A stretch of 64,000 nt of DNA, taken from a bacterium (GTDB taxonomy: Bacteria > UBA8248). Below, piece by piece: positions 37,554 through 47,418 of the stretch. Each line of letters starts with the position of its first letter. Positions within the stretch are counted from its first letter, which is position 1. The stretch covers positions 2,080,001 through 2,144,000 of the forward strand of contig OZ241326.1 in assembly GCA_965199855.1 (NCBI GenBank). Direction: 5' to 3'. The notes under the pieces were generated by a model. The model ran no database searches. It saw nothing but the letters and a program-made list of their open reading frames with translations, and was not told the DNA's origin. The translations under genes and the position numbers were made by a program.

Positions 37554-38021
37554 CTAGCCCCCGTCCTTGTCCCGCCTCGCCACCATGATGGTGACGTCGC
37601 CCTCGTGAATCGTCTCGTCCCGCTGGTTCAGCAGGCGCAGGGCGAGCGTCACCAGCCCCTGCCCCTTGCTGGAGACGCGCCTGGACTTCACGGCGACCTC
37701 GCCGTGAATCGTGTCGCCGAAGCGGATCGGCCCCCGGAAGCGCCACTCCAGGCCCAGAAACGCCTCGACCGTCCCCTCGATGACGCCGAGCCGCGTCACC
37801 AGCCCGATGAGAAAGGAAAGCCCCAGAAGTCCGTGCGCCACCCGCTCCCCGAAGGGAGTTTGGGCGGCGCCCCGCGCGTCGGTGTGGAGGTAGGTGTAGT
37901 CCCCCGTGAGGGCGGAGAAGGCGCTGACGTCGGACTCCCCCACCGTGCGCGCGGCGGTGCGCCAGGATCTCCCCTCCTCGAATTCCTCGTAAAACAGGCC
38001 GCTCGCCTCGTATTCCACCAT
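37554..38021 (-). CDS. MaoC-family dehydratase
   Basis: FSALTGD...LHTD, FGERVAHG and F.GPI.FGDT. Confidence 0.9.
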   Translation of the reverse strand: MVEYEASGLFYEEFEEGRSWRTAARTVGESDVSAFSALTGDYTYLHTDARGAAQTPFGERVAHGLLGLSFLIGLVTRLGVIEGTVEAFLGLEWRFRGPIRFGDTIHGEVAVKSRRVSSKGQGLVTLALRLLNQRDETIHEGDVTIMVARRDKDGG

Positions 38022-38028
38022 AAACTCC

Positions 38029-38871
38029 TCAGCGCAGGCGAAAGCGGAAGGTGACCTCGCCCCACTGCTCGACCGCCTCGGCGCCCCGCGGAAGCGGGCT
38101 GAACCGCCAGCGCTTCAGGTGATTCGCGGCCAGTCCCTCCAGACGGGCGCTCGCCTTCCTGATCGGCACGACGCGGCCGACGGTGCCGTCGGGCAGCACC
38201 CAGAATTTCAGCACGATCTCCGCCGCGTCCTCCAGCCCTCTGAGCCTGGGCTTTTTGGGCCGAAACACGATTCGCCGACTCGCCGCCGGGCCCTGGATGG
38301 CGGCGCGCCGCCTCGCGCGGGGGCCGTAGGCCAGCGCGTCCAGCATTCTCCCGTCCGCCCCGTCGCCGGGCAACGGTCTCCCGCGCCCTCCCTTCAGGCC
38401 CTGGGATTCGGCGGGCCGCGGCGGCCGCAAGACGACTTCTCCGAGAGCGCCGCTCTCCGGGGGCGCCTCCACCGGCGGGGCGTCGCCGGGGGCGAGGGCG
38501 GGCGGCGGCATATCCACCGCGGGCGGGGCGGGCAGGGGTCTGACGCCGGGCAGTTCGACCGGCCCGCGCGCCCCGAGCCCCGGCTTCACGGCGAGGCCCA
38601 GCTTCCGCCTGGCCGCCGCCGTCCCCCCCGGCAGACCCCTCAAATCGAGCGGCTCCGGCAGGGGAATCTCGGGCAGGGGCTTCGGCAGCAGGGCGTCGGG
38701 GATGGGGACCTCGCGGCTCACGAGCTCGACCTCCATGGCGTCGGACAGCCCGGCGCGCGCCGGCGCGAGCGGCACGGCGGGGCCGAACAGAATCACGCCC
38801 ACGTGCAGAACGATGGAGACCAGCACCGTCAGGACGAGTGAAAAACTCAGGGGCCTCGCGCCGCTCTCCAC
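38029..38871 (-). CDS. TonB-like energy transducer
   Basis: N-terminal helix with SxxxH (SIVLH), a Pro-rich linker and a C-terminal FWVLPDG.V...WRF.P domain. Confidence 0.85.
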   Translation of the reverse strand: MESGARPLSFSLVLTVLVSIVLHVGVILFGPAVPLAPARAGLSDAMEVELVSREVPIPDALLPKPLPEIPLPEPLDLRGLPGGTAAARRKLGLAVKPGLGARGPVELPGVRPLPAPPAVDMPPPALAPGDAPPVEAPPESGALGEVVLRPPRPAESQGLKGGRGRPLPGDGADGRMLDALAYGPRARRRAAIQGPAASRRIVFRPKKPRLRGLEDAAEIVLKFWVLPDGTVGRVVPIRKASARLEGLAANHLKRWRFSPLPRGAEAVEQWGEVTFRFRLR

Positions 38872-38875
38872 CGCG

Positions 38876-39301
38876 CTACCTCGCCGGCTTCTCGCGCGCC
38901 CGCCGGGCGGGCGCCGTCGCTATCGACATGCGGAGCGCGCCCGCCTGCTTGGCGACGTCCATCACCCGCACCACCAGGCCATGCGGCACGCCCCTGTCCG
39001 CCCGGATGACGATGACGCCCTGGGGCTGCGCCTTCAGCTCCTCGATCAGGCGGCCCCAGAGCGATTCGAGGGGCACCTGATCGTTGTTCAGAAAAATTCG
39101 CCGATCCCGCGCGATGATGAGAATCAAATCCTTGCGCACGGGATGATCCTGCGTGACCGTCCTCGGCAGCTCCACCTTCATCCCCGGCTGGAGCACGAAC
39201 GAGGAGCTCAGGACGAAGAACAGGAGCAGGAGGAAGATGATGTCGATCATGGCGGTCATGCCGGGCTCGGCCCGCACCCGCCTGAGCTCCCGGAACTTCA
39301 T
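38876..39301 (-). CDS. exbD: ExbD/TolR protein
   Basis: MIDIIFLLLLFF, IRAD and VMD.AK.AG. Confidence 0.93.
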   Translation of the reverse strand: MKFRELRRVRAEPGMTAMIDIIFLLLLFFVLSSSFVLQPGMKVELPRTVTQDHPVRKDLILIIARDRRIFLNNDQVPLESLWGRLIEELKAQPQGVIVIRADRGVPHGLVVRVMDVAKQAGALRMSIATAPARRAREKPAR

Positions 39302-39308
39302 CGCCCCC

Positions 39309-39908
39309 TCACCGCTTGAGCGTCTCGACGACCCGGTAGGAGTGCTTCTCGACCTCCACGACGAGGCGATCCGCCTTGTTCGTGAAATAGTTGTAGAAGA
39401 TGAGCGTGGGGATGGCGACGACGAGGCCGGCCGCCGTGGTGATGAGCGCCTCGCTGATGCCGCCCGCGAGCTGGCTGGGGTGGGCGATTCCCTTCTCGCT
39501 GATGATGGCGAAGGTGCGAATCATCCCGAAAACCGTGCCCGTGAGGCCCAGCAGCGGCGAGATGGCGGCGATGGTGCCCAGGGCGCTCAGGTTCCTGTCG
39601 AGCGAGGCGGCCTCCTGCCTGCCCGCGTCCTCCACGATGGAGCGGAGCTCCTCGCGCCCCCTGTCGTGATTGGCGATCGTGACGAGCAGGATTCTCCCCA
39701 TCACGGAAGGGTAGCGCCGGCAGAGCGTGATGGCGTCGGCGACCTGGTTCTCCGCGAGCAGGTCCCTCACCTGCCGGAGGATGTCCGTCTGAATGACCTT
39801 GCGGGCGCGCAGATTCAGCGAGCGCTCCAGAATGAGCGCCAAGGACAGGATGGAGCAGACGCCCAGCGGAATCATCAGCACCCCGCCCCTCGCCAGAAAC
39901 TCGACCAT
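39309..39908 (-). CDS. exbB: ExbB/TolQ/MotA proton-channel protein
   Basis: PLLGLTGTVFGMI, GISEALITTAAGL and three hydrophobic helices. Confidence 0.93.
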   Translation of the reverse strand: MVEFLARGGVLMIPLGVCSILSLALILERSLNLRARKVIQTDILRQVRDLLAENQVADAITLCRRYPSVMGRILLVTIANHDRGREELRSIVEDAGRQEAASLDRNLSALGTIAAISPLLGLTGTVFGMIRTFAIISEKGIAHPSQLAGGISEALITTAAGLVVAIPTLIFYNYFTNKADRLVVEVEKHSYRVVETLKR

Positions 39909-39945
39909 CAGCCCGCGCCCCCGGATGAAGGGAAATTTTTCATTC

Positions 39946-42900
39946 TCATCGCTCCCTGCCGCCTTTCGCCCGCCGCCTGACGCGCTTCAGGGCGATTCGC
40001 GCCTTTCGCCGAAGCGCGGCGTCGCCCGCCGTCTTCTCCATCTTCTCATAGACGCGAAGGGCCATGGCGCGCTTGCCCGCCTTCTCGTAGAGCGCGCCCG
40101 CGCGCTCGAGCGCGCGCGCCGCCCACATCTTCTGATCGGGATACAGATAGGTCAACTTCAAATACTCGGCCGCCGCCCGCGGGTCTCCGCGCTCCCGGAG
40201 CATCCCCGCGCGCGCGAAGAACGCCTCCGCCGCCAGCCCGGGCGCGCCCAGCTCGATCGCCGCGCTGAGCGCGCGGGCGGCCTCGGCGTATTCTTTTCGC
40301 TTTCGATGGACTCCGCCCGCCAGGAGCGCGGCCTGGGCGCGCAGGTCGGGCCCCGCGCCGGAGCCCTCCGCCATCACCTTCCCCAGGCGGGAGAGCGCCG
40401 CGCCGCCCTCGCCCAGACGGACGAGGCATCGGCCCAGGATCAGCCGCGCCAGCATCTCGTAGTCGTGGCGCGGATGCGCCCTCAGAAACTCCTCGAGCCT
40501 TCGCCTCGCCTCCGCGCAGCGTCCGATGCCGGCCAGGGTCTCGCCGATGCCGAAAAGTCCGTCGGCGCGGAAGGCGCCGCCCGCGTCGCGCGTCAGAAGA
40601 GCCTCATACGAATCAAGCGCCTTGTCGACGTCCTTCCCGCTCCGGTAGATGCCCGCGATTCGCAGGAGGGCGTGGGCGGCCAGATCGTCGCGCGGGTAGC
40701 GGGCGATGACGTCCCGATACGCCTTCAAAGCCTCCTCCCGGCTCCCCCGCGCGAGGAACACCTCGCCGATTTGAAACGCCAGGGAGATGCTCAGGCTGCT
40801 TTCCGGGTAGCGGTCGATATAGCCGCGCGCCCCCGACAGGAAGCTCTCGCGTTCGCCGAGCTGCAGATGGCTGATCAGGCCGCCATAGACGGCTTCGGGG
40901 AACTTCGGGTGGGAGGGATGGCGCCTCATCATCAGCCGGTAGAGGCGGCTGGCCTCCCGGTAGCGGCCCTCGTTGTAGGAGGCGTCCGCCATGCGCAGAT
41001 GGGCGTCGCCCGAGAAGGGGGATTTCCCGTGAGAGCGGAGGAAGGCGCGGAGTTTCGCGCGCGCCTCGGCGTATCGCCCCAGGCGAAGCGGAATCAGCGC
41101 GAGGAGATACCTCGCCTCGGCGGCCTCTCCGCCCTTGGGGTAGCGCCTGAGAAAGGCGCGAAGGCTCTTGCGCGCCGCGCCGAAGCGCCCGCGCCGGAAC
41201 AGCAGCTTGGCCTTCTGGTAGAGCGCCTCCCGGGCGACGCCGCTTCCCCTGTATTTTTTCTCGATCCTCTCGAAGGAGCGCAGGGCGCCCTCGTAGTTGC
41301 CGAGATTGAAGCGGGCCTCTCCCGCGCGGGCGAGGGCCTCCGCCGCCAGGACGCCGCCCGGCTCGCGCCGGAAAACGCGATCGAAGGCGCGCGCCGCCGC
41401 CTTCCAGTTTCTCCGGCGATATTGAATCCAGGCGAGGCCGCCCAGGGCGCGGTAGAACTCGGGCGCGTCCTCGGGAACCGCCCGGAACGCGCGCGCCGCC
41501 TCCGCGAGTTCTCCGAGCTCGAAGGCCGCCTCTCCATACCAAAGCGCGGCGAGGCCGTCCCTGGCGGCCCCTCCCCCCTTGCCGGGGGCGAAAGCCCAGC
41601 GCCTGAGCACGTCCCGCGCGCCGCCGAAGTCCTTGAGCCGAAACGCCGCGAAGGCCGTCGCCATGGCGGCCGAGCGGGCGGCGCCGCGCTCCGCCCGCCG
41701 CTCCGCGCCGGCGGGGGCGCGCTCGGCGCCCAGGCGCAGGACGCCGTAGGCGCGCTTCACCTCGCCCAGATGGTAGCGGGCGAGGCCCTCCACGATTCTG
41801 GCGGCGCGATAGATTCGGCCGAGCGGAAACTCGTCGCTCACCTCTCCCGCCAGATCGGACGCTTCTTCATAAGCCCCCACGCGGAACAGCTTCCAGGCCA
41901 GCTGGAGGCGAAGGGCGCCGGCGGGCGCCTCCCGGCCGCCGGCGGCGAATTCCCGAAGGCGGGACTCCCATTCCCCGGGCTTCCCGCGAGGCTTCCGCAT
42001 GGCCTCGATTTCGGCGGAAAGCAACGCGGCGCGCGCGGAATTTTCGAGCGGATGCTTCGGGTGGCGGCGCGCGAAGCGGGCGAAGGCGCGCCTCGCGTCC
42101 GCGATCCGGCCCGAAAGCAGCCGCGCCCAGCCGAGGCCGTAGAGCGCCTCTCCCGGGAGCCTCGCGCCGGCGCCGTCCCCTTTGGCGGCGAGAGCGTCGG
42201 CCGCCGCATAGCGCATCTCCGCCCGCGCGTATTCCCCCCGCGCGAGGCGGACGTGTCCGAGAGCGACGAGCGCCCGAAGCGCCAGCCGTTCGCGGAGACC
42301 CGAGAGCCCCGCCCAGGCGTCAATCGCCCGCTTGACGGAGCCCGCGCGCGCCTGCGCCCATCCTTTCAGAAAAGCCGCCTCCTCGTAGGCGAATTTCCCC
42401 CGAACCCAAGTCCCCCCCTCCAGCAGGGCGAGACAGCGCGGATAGTCGCGCGCCCCGCAGCGCTCCTCCGCGAGGGCGTATCGCGCCGCCGCCGCGTAGC
42501 GAAAGCTCTCCTCATTCAGGGGCGTTCGCAGCAGACGCTCCCTCGCGGCGCTCGCCTCGCGGCCCTTTCTCAGGCGCGCAAGCGCTTCTCCCGCCCAGAA
42601 AAGAGCCGCCGCGCGCCAGCGGGGACGCTTCGCGCTCCCGGCCAGCTCCTCGAAAAGGGAGAGCGCCTCTATCGGCGCGCCCTTTCGCAGGTTGGCGAGC
42701 GCCGCGCCGAACCGATCGCTCTCATCGGCGAAGAGGAACCGCGCGAGCCCCCCCGGCTTCGGCTTCTCCTCGCGGGGAAGCGGGCGCGGCGGCAGGCGAA
42801 CGGGAGGAATTTCCGGCTCGATGAAAACGGCGGGAAGGCGAACGCCCAGCCGCCCGGGCGGCCGGGGGCGCACGCGGGAGGCGATGAGGCGCTCGATGTC

Positions 42901-43044
42901 GGGAGATTCCACCACGACTTCGGGCAGGGAGACGGACAGCCGCTTCCCCTCGGCCGCGCCCGCGCCGCCGAGGCAGACGCAGAGGAAGACCAGCGCGCCC
43001 GGAAGAAGCCCGCGCCCCGAACCGCCCGCGAAGACTCGCATCAT
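39946..43044 (-). CDS. Large exported TPR-repeat protein
   Basis: Signal peptide, a Pro-rich segment, then many CpoB/BamD-like TPR units. Confidence 0.85.
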   Translation of the reverse strand: MMRVFAGGSGRGLLPGALVFLCVCLGGAGAAEGKRLSVSLPEVVVESPDIERLIASRVRPRPPGRLGVRLPAVFIEPEIPPVRLPPRPLPREEKPKPGGLARFLFADESDRFGAALANLRKGAPIEALSLFEELAGSAKRPRWRAAALFWAGEALARLRKGREASAARERLLRTPLNEESFRYAAAARYALAEERCGARDYPRCLALLEGGTWVRGKFAYEEAAFLKGWAQARAGSVKRAIDAWAGLSGLRERLALRALVALGHVRLARGEYARAEMRYAAADALAAKGDGAGARLPGEALYGLGWARLLSGRIADARRAFARFARRHPKHPLENSARAALLSAEIEAMRKPRGKPGEWESRLREFAAGGREAPAGALRLQLAWKLFRVGAYEEASDLAGEVSDEFPLGRIYRAARIVEGLARYHLGEVKRAYGVLRLGAERAPAGAERRAERGAARSAAMATAFAAFRLKDFGGARDVLRRWAFAPGKGGGAARDGLAALWYGEAAFELGELAEAARAFRAVPEDAPEFYRALGGLAWIQYRRRNWKAAARAFDRVFRREPGGVLAAEALARAGEARFNLGNYEGALRSFERIEKKYRGSGVAREALYQKAKLLFRRGRFGAARKSLRAFLRRYPKGGEAAEARYLLALIPLRLGRYAEARAKLRAFLRSHGKSPFSGDAHLRMADASYNEGRYREASRLYRLMMRRHPSHPKFPEAVYGGLISHLQLGERESFLSGARGYIDRYPESSLSISLAFQIGEVFLARGSREEALKAYRDVIARYPRDDLAAHALLRIAGIYRSGKDVDKALDSYEALLTRDAGGAFRADGLFGIGETLAGIGRCAEARRRLEEFLRAHPRHDYEMLARLILGRCLVRLGEGGAALSRLGKVMAEGSGAGPDLRAQAALLAGGVHRKRKEYAEAARALSAAIELGAPGLAAEAFFARAGMLRERGDPRAAAEYLKLTYLYPDQKMWAARALERAGALYEKAGKRAMALRVYEKMEKTAGDAALRRKARIALKRVRRRAKGGRER

Positions 43045-43058
43045 CCCGCCTCTTTTTT

Positions 43059-45719
43059 TCACCGGAGCATCGGGACGCGGCTTTTCATCTTCCTCTCGCG
43101 CTCCCGCACCGAGGCCAGATAGGATTCGAGCCGGAGGATTCTCGCTCTCGCCCGCCTCGCCTCCTCCCCCACGCGGGCGGGAGCGTCCCGGCCCGCGAGC
43201 GCCGCGATGCCCCGGTAGTGCTTGATGGCCGCCTTCCATTCCCGCCGCGATTCCCGAATCGAAGCCGCCCGCCAGGCGGCGGAGCGCGCCCATTCCTCCT
43301 CTCCCGCGCCCAGACGCGGAAGCGACTCATAGAGTTCGAGCGCCTCCGCCTTCGCGCCGTCCCTTTCGAGCCAAAGCGCGACCTGAAGCCGCGCGGGGCC
43401 GGAGACGTTCGCGTCCTTCGATTTGGAAGCGGCGCGAAAGGCCCGCAGCGCGGCTTCCGGCTTCCCTCTCCTCAGTTCGAGCGCGCCCAGCCGCAGGGCC
43501 GCCGCGGCCGCCTCGCCGCTTCGGGGAAACCCGGCTACGAAGCGGGCGTAGGCGCCGGCGGCCTCATCCACGCTCCCCATATTCTCGAAAACCTCCGCCA
43601 GCTCCAGGGCCGCCGCGGCGTCCTTCGGCGCAAGCGCCACAACGCGGCGCAGCTCGTCGGCGGCTTCCGCCAGATTCTTCCGCCGGAGAAAGCACGAGGC
43701 CCGAAGGCGGCGCAACGCCAGCCTCCCCTCCTTCGACGCCGCGAGGCGCAGCGCCCGCTCCGATATTTTCAGCGCGCGTCCGCATCCGCCGCCCCGAAGC
43801 GCCGCGAACGCCCAAAGCGCGAGCCCCTCGCCGGGGTCGGGCGGGGCGAGCGCGTCCCAGGAGGAGAACGCCGCGTCCGCGCCCTTCCAGTCGCGCGAGT
43901 CGGCCGCGGTCCGCGCCAGAAAATACCAGATCGCGCGTCTCCTCGGAGCGCTCACCTTCTCGTCGTGGGCGAGCGGCAGGAGCGCCGCCCGCGCCTTTTG
44001 GAAATCGCCCCGCTCGCGGTGGAGCGCGCCCATATTCAGGCGCGCCTCGCGCCTCAACTCCTCGGGGAGAAGGGGCAGCGCGTCCTGAAAGCGCCTCAGC
44101 GCCTCTCGCGCGTCTCCGCGCCTCCGCGCCGCCTCGCCCAGGCGATACCGCGCCCGCGCGGCGAGGGCGGGAGGGCCTTCGCCGAGGAGAACCTGGCGGA
44201 AGCGGCGCGCGGCCTCCTCCAGTTCGCCCGCCTCCCAGGCGCATTCGGCTCTCAGGAAGGCCGTCTCCGCGCGCGAGCGCTCGGGGACGAACTCTTCGGG
44301 AACCATCTTCAGCAGCCCGACGGCGCCCGCGCAGTCCTTCCGCGCCCCGTGAATGGACGCCGCCCGCAAAACGCCCTGATAGACGGCTCGCGCGAGCCCG
44401 GGCTCGATCTTTTTCCCCGATTCCCGAAGCCCGCGGAACGACCGGAACGCCTGCCGATACCGCGCCAGAACCTCCTCCTCCCGCTTCGCGTCCTTCTCGG
44501 CCATGGCGGCCAAGCGAAGCCCCGACCACACCGCCTCGAGCGCGTTCGGCGCGCGCCGGACGACCTCTCGATACTGGCGCGCGGCCTCTTTCTTCATCCC
44601 CGCGCCGCGCAGGCAGTCCGCCAGCCGGAGCCGCCCGGCGAGAGAAAGCGGGGCGCCTCCCTCGAGGGCGCCGAGGGCGGAAGCGAGATATTTCCCGCCT
44701 TTTTTCCGACAGCCCCCCGCCTTTTTCACGCTTTCGAGGAAATGCGGGAGATAGCCGCCCCCATCGGGGCGGCGGCGCAGCAGGCGCCGGTAGGCTTCGG
44801 CGGCTTTGGCGTGCTCGCCCGCGCGCCGCCAGGAAGACGCCAGCCCCCGCTCCGCCGTCGCGCGCTGCGCTTTGGAGAGCTTCATCCGCAAAACGGCGGC
44901 GAACGCCGCGCCCGCGTCCTCGTATTTCCTCCGCCCGAAGAAGCTCGCGGCCTGGGCGAGCCTCGCGCCGGCGCGCTTTTTCTCCCGGGGATATTTGCGG
45001 AACAGGGCGGCGAGGGTATTCCCGGCCGCCTCGAACTTCCCGAGCCGCAGCCGGATTTCCGCGAGTCTCGACATGAAGGCGCGCGCGCGCGGATTTTCGG
45101 GAAAGCGGCGCAGGACGGACGCATAGGCCCTCTCCGCCGCGCGGGGGCGCGGGACGCGATCCAGGGCGACGGCGCGCTCGAAGAGGGCGGCTTCCGCTCT
45201 CGGATCCTTCGGCGCGGAGGCGAGGAAGGCGTCGAGGGCGGCGACCGCGTCCGGCCACCGGCGCGCCGCCAGCCCGAGCGCGGCGATTCTGTAGAGCGCC
45301 TCCGTTCGCCAGCGCCCGGAGCGGACGGAGGCGTAGGCGCGCGCGGCCTCTTTCGCGCTCCCGATTCTCTCGGCGAGCTCCCCGACCCGGAACCGCGCCT
45401 CATCCGCCCTTTCATGCCCGGGATGCCGCCGCAGAAGCGTCCGATAGGCCGCCGCCGCCGCCCGAAGCCGGCCGTCCCGGCGTAGCGCCTCGGCGAGCAG
45501 ATACCGGACGCGGGGGGCGTCGGCGCGCTTCCCCGCCTGGTCGAGATAGGCGCGAAAGGCGTCCGCCGCGGGCTCGAAAAGCCCGTCCCGGTAGAGGTTC
45601 AGGCCGAATTCGAGATGGGCGCGCGGGCTCTCCTTCGTCTGCCCCAAGGCGAGGGAATGCGGGAGGGCGGCCATCGCCAACAGGGCGAGCGCCGCAATGG
45701 CCGGGAGCCTAGCCCGCAC
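43059..45719 (-). CDS. Large exported TPR-repeat protein
   Basis: Signal peptide followed by tandem TPR units. Very Ala/Arg-rich. Confidence 0.82.
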   Translation of the reverse strand: MRARLPAIAALALLAMAALPHSLALGQTKESPRAHLEFGLNLYRDGLFEPAADAFRAYLDQAGKRADAPRVRYLLAEALRRDGRLRAAAAAYRTLLRRHPGHERADEARFRVGELAERIGSAKEAARAYASVRSGRWRTEALYRIAALGLAARRWPDAVAALDAFLASAPKDPRAEAALFERAVALDRVPRPRAAERAYASVLRRFPENPRARAFMSRLAEIRLRLGKFEAAGNTLAALFRKYPREKKRAGARLAQAASFFGRRKYEDAGAAFAAVLRMKLSKAQRATAERGLASSWRRAGEHAKAAEAYRRLLRRRPDGGGYLPHFLESVKKAGGCRKKGGKYLASALGALEGGAPLSLAGRLRLADCLRGAGMKKEAARQYREVVRRAPNALEAVWSGLRLAAMAEKDAKREEEVLARYRQAFRSFRGLRESGKKIEPGLARAVYQGVLRAASIHGARKDCAGAVGLLKMVPEEFVPERSRAETAFLRAECAWEAGELEEAARRFRQVLLGEGPPALAARARYRLGEAARRRGDAREALRRFQDALPLLPEELRREARLNMGALHRERGDFQKARAALLPLAHDEKVSAPRRRAIWYFLARTAADSRDWKGADAAFSSWDALAPPDPGEGLALWAFAALRGGGCGRALKISERALRLAASKEGRLALRRLRASCFLRRKNLAEAADELRRVVALAPKDAAAALELAEVFENMGSVDEAAGAYARFVAGFPRSGEAAAAALRLGALELRRGKPEAALRAFRAASKSKDANVSGPARLQVALWLERDGAKAEALELYESLPRLGAGEEEWARSAAWRAASIRESRREWKAAIKHYRGIAALAGRDAPARVGEEARRARARILRLESYLASVRERERKMKSRVPMLR

Positions 45720-46563
45720 CGCCGGGCTCCAGGGCGACGTTGTCGATCAGCCGGGTCGCGCCGATGCGGGCGGCGACGGCCATCCGCGCGGCGGCGGCGA
45801 CTTCCTCCACCGCCTCGAGCGTCGCCGGATGCACGATTTCGACGTAATCCACTTTCGCCCCGGCCTTTTCCAGCTCGGCGGCGCAGGCCTCTATCAGGCG
45901 GGCGCAGCGCCTCTCCCCGGCCGCCGCCCTCTTGCGCGCGCGGAACAGGGCGGCGCTGAGGGCGCGCGCGCGCAGGCGCTCCTCCGCGGACAAATAGGCG
46001 TTCCGGCTGCTCAGCGCCACGCCGTCCTCCTCCCGGACGATCGGGCAGGCCACGATTTCCACCCCGAGGTTCAGGTCGCGCGACATCCGCTCGATCAGGA
46101 CGAGCTGCTGATAGTCCTTCTCGCCGAAATACGCCCGGTGCGGAAGGCAGGCGGCGAACAGCTTGAGCACGACGGTGGCCACGCCCCGGAAGTGTCCCGG
46201 CCGATGCGCCCCGCAAAGACGCCCTCCCAGCCCGGGGGCGTCCACCCAGGTGTCGTATCCCTCGGGATACATGGCCTCCGCCCCGGGCGCGTAGAGGAGG
46301 CGCGCGCCCGCCTCCCGGCAAGCCCGCGCGTCCGCCTCGAAGTCGCGGGGGTAGGCCCCGTAGTCCTCGCCGGCGGAGAACTGCGCCGGGTTCACGAAAA
46401 CGCTCACGACGACGGCGCCGCACTCCGCCCTCGCGCGGGCGATCAGGCTCCCGTGTCCCTCGTGCAGCGCCCCCATCGTCGGCACCAGGCCTAGGGGCGC
46501 CTCCGCCCGCCTGAGCGCCTCCGCCGCTTCGCGCATCTCCCGTGGGGCGTTGACGACTCGCAT
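45709..46563 (-). CDS. panC: Pantoate--beta-alanine ligase
   Basis: PTMGALHEGH, FVNP.QF, RPGHF.GV, FGEKDYQQ, SSRN and RLIDN. Confidence 0.97.
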   Translation of the reverse strand: MRVVNAPREMREAAEALRRAEAPLGLVPTMGALHEGHGSLIARARAECGAVVVSVFVNPAQFSAGEDYGAYPRDFEADARACREAGARLLYAPGAEAMYPEGYDTWVDAPGLGGRLCGAHRPGHFRGVATVVLKLFAACLPHRAYFGEKDYQQLVLIERMSRDLNLGVEIVACPIVREEDGVALSSRNAYLSAEERLRARALSAALFRARKRAAAGERRCARLIEACAAELEKAGAKVDYVEIVHPATLEAVEEVAAAARMAVAARIGATRLIDNVALEPGGAG

Positions 46564-46675
46564 GGGGAATCTCGGATGAAAACGGGCGGCGGGGCATCAT
46601 CTCAAACCTTCGGGGGAGATGACAAGGAGGGACGAGCCGGGGCGTCGGGTCGGATCGCGTCTCACCGCCGCGCCG

Positions 46676-46860
46676 GGGGCCGCCCCGCAATTCGTGAACC
46701 GCCCGTTGCGATGATCGCCCACAGATCGGGCTCCGCCCCCGACGTGCAGGGACAGGTCGCGACCTGTCCCTACGGAATGTTCGCGCGTCGGCGGGATGAG
46801 AACCCGGCGCGGACAACAACGGGGGATTGTCCCTGCGAACCCAATCCGTTCGCCCGCAAT
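46676..46860. repeat. Cluster of REP-like palindromes
   Basis: Perfect palindrome (GC)AGGGACAGGTCGCGACCTGTCCCT(AC) at 46746-46773, GGACAAC...TTGTCCCTGC at 46811-46836, and a degenerate TTCGTGAACCGCCC. Confidence 0.7.
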
Positions 46861-46911
46861 CAACCGCCGAAACATCGACTGCCCGGAAGGGACATTCCCG
46901 CCCCCGCGCCC

Positions 46912-47418
46912 TCACCTCTCCTCCGGCAGCCTCTCCACCCAGGGGCCGTCCGGAGGGAGGGCGGCGAGAAGTTCGGAGACGGAGCGTCCGAGGACGGGAT
47001 GCGCGAGGTCGGGAGCGAGCTCGGCCAGGGGGGCGAGGGCGAAGCGCCTCTCGCCCAGCCTCGGGTGCGGAACCCTGAGGCCCGGCGCGCTGACGACGGC
47101 CGCGCCGTGGAGGAGGAGGTCGAGGTCGATGACGCGGGGGCCCCACCGCTCCTTCCGCTCGCGCCCCAGCCCGCGCTCGACCTCCAGAAGCAGGGCGAGC
47201 AGTTCCGCGGAAGGCATGGCGCATTCCAGCTCGAAGACGGCGTTGACGAAGGGAGGCTGGGGGATGGGCCCCACGGGCTGGGCGCGATAGAAGGAGGACG
47301 CGCCCAGGAGCCGGACCCCGGGGCTTTTCGCCAGCGCCTCGCGCGCCCGGCGAATCTGGCGGATCGGCTCGCCCAGGTTCGCGCCCGCGCCGATGAAGGC
47401 GCGGGCCTTCGGGGTCAA
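46912..47418 (-). CDS. folK: 2-amino-4-hydroxy-6-hydroxymethyldihydropteridine diphosphokinase
   Basis: GANLG, FVNAV, WGPRVIDLDLL, PHP and RRF.L.PL. The TTG start overlaps the dapL stop. Confidence 0.95.
   Translation of the reverse strand: MTPKARAFIGAGANLGEPIRQIRRAREALAKSPGVRLLGASSFYRAQPVGPIPQPPFVNAVFELECAMPSAELLALLLEVERGLGRERKERWGPRVIDLDLLLHGAAVVSAPGLRVPHPRLGERRFALAPLAELAPDLAHPVLGRSVSELLAALPPDGPWVERLPEER

Noticed and set aside
39793-45485. Very long antisense ORFs (1109 aa and 755 aa), and similar ones elsewhere such as 844-2745, 5396-7936, 14433-16820 and 62211-63887
   Set aside because: They are shadows of real genes on the opposite strand, expected at high GC, and carry no recognisable motifs.
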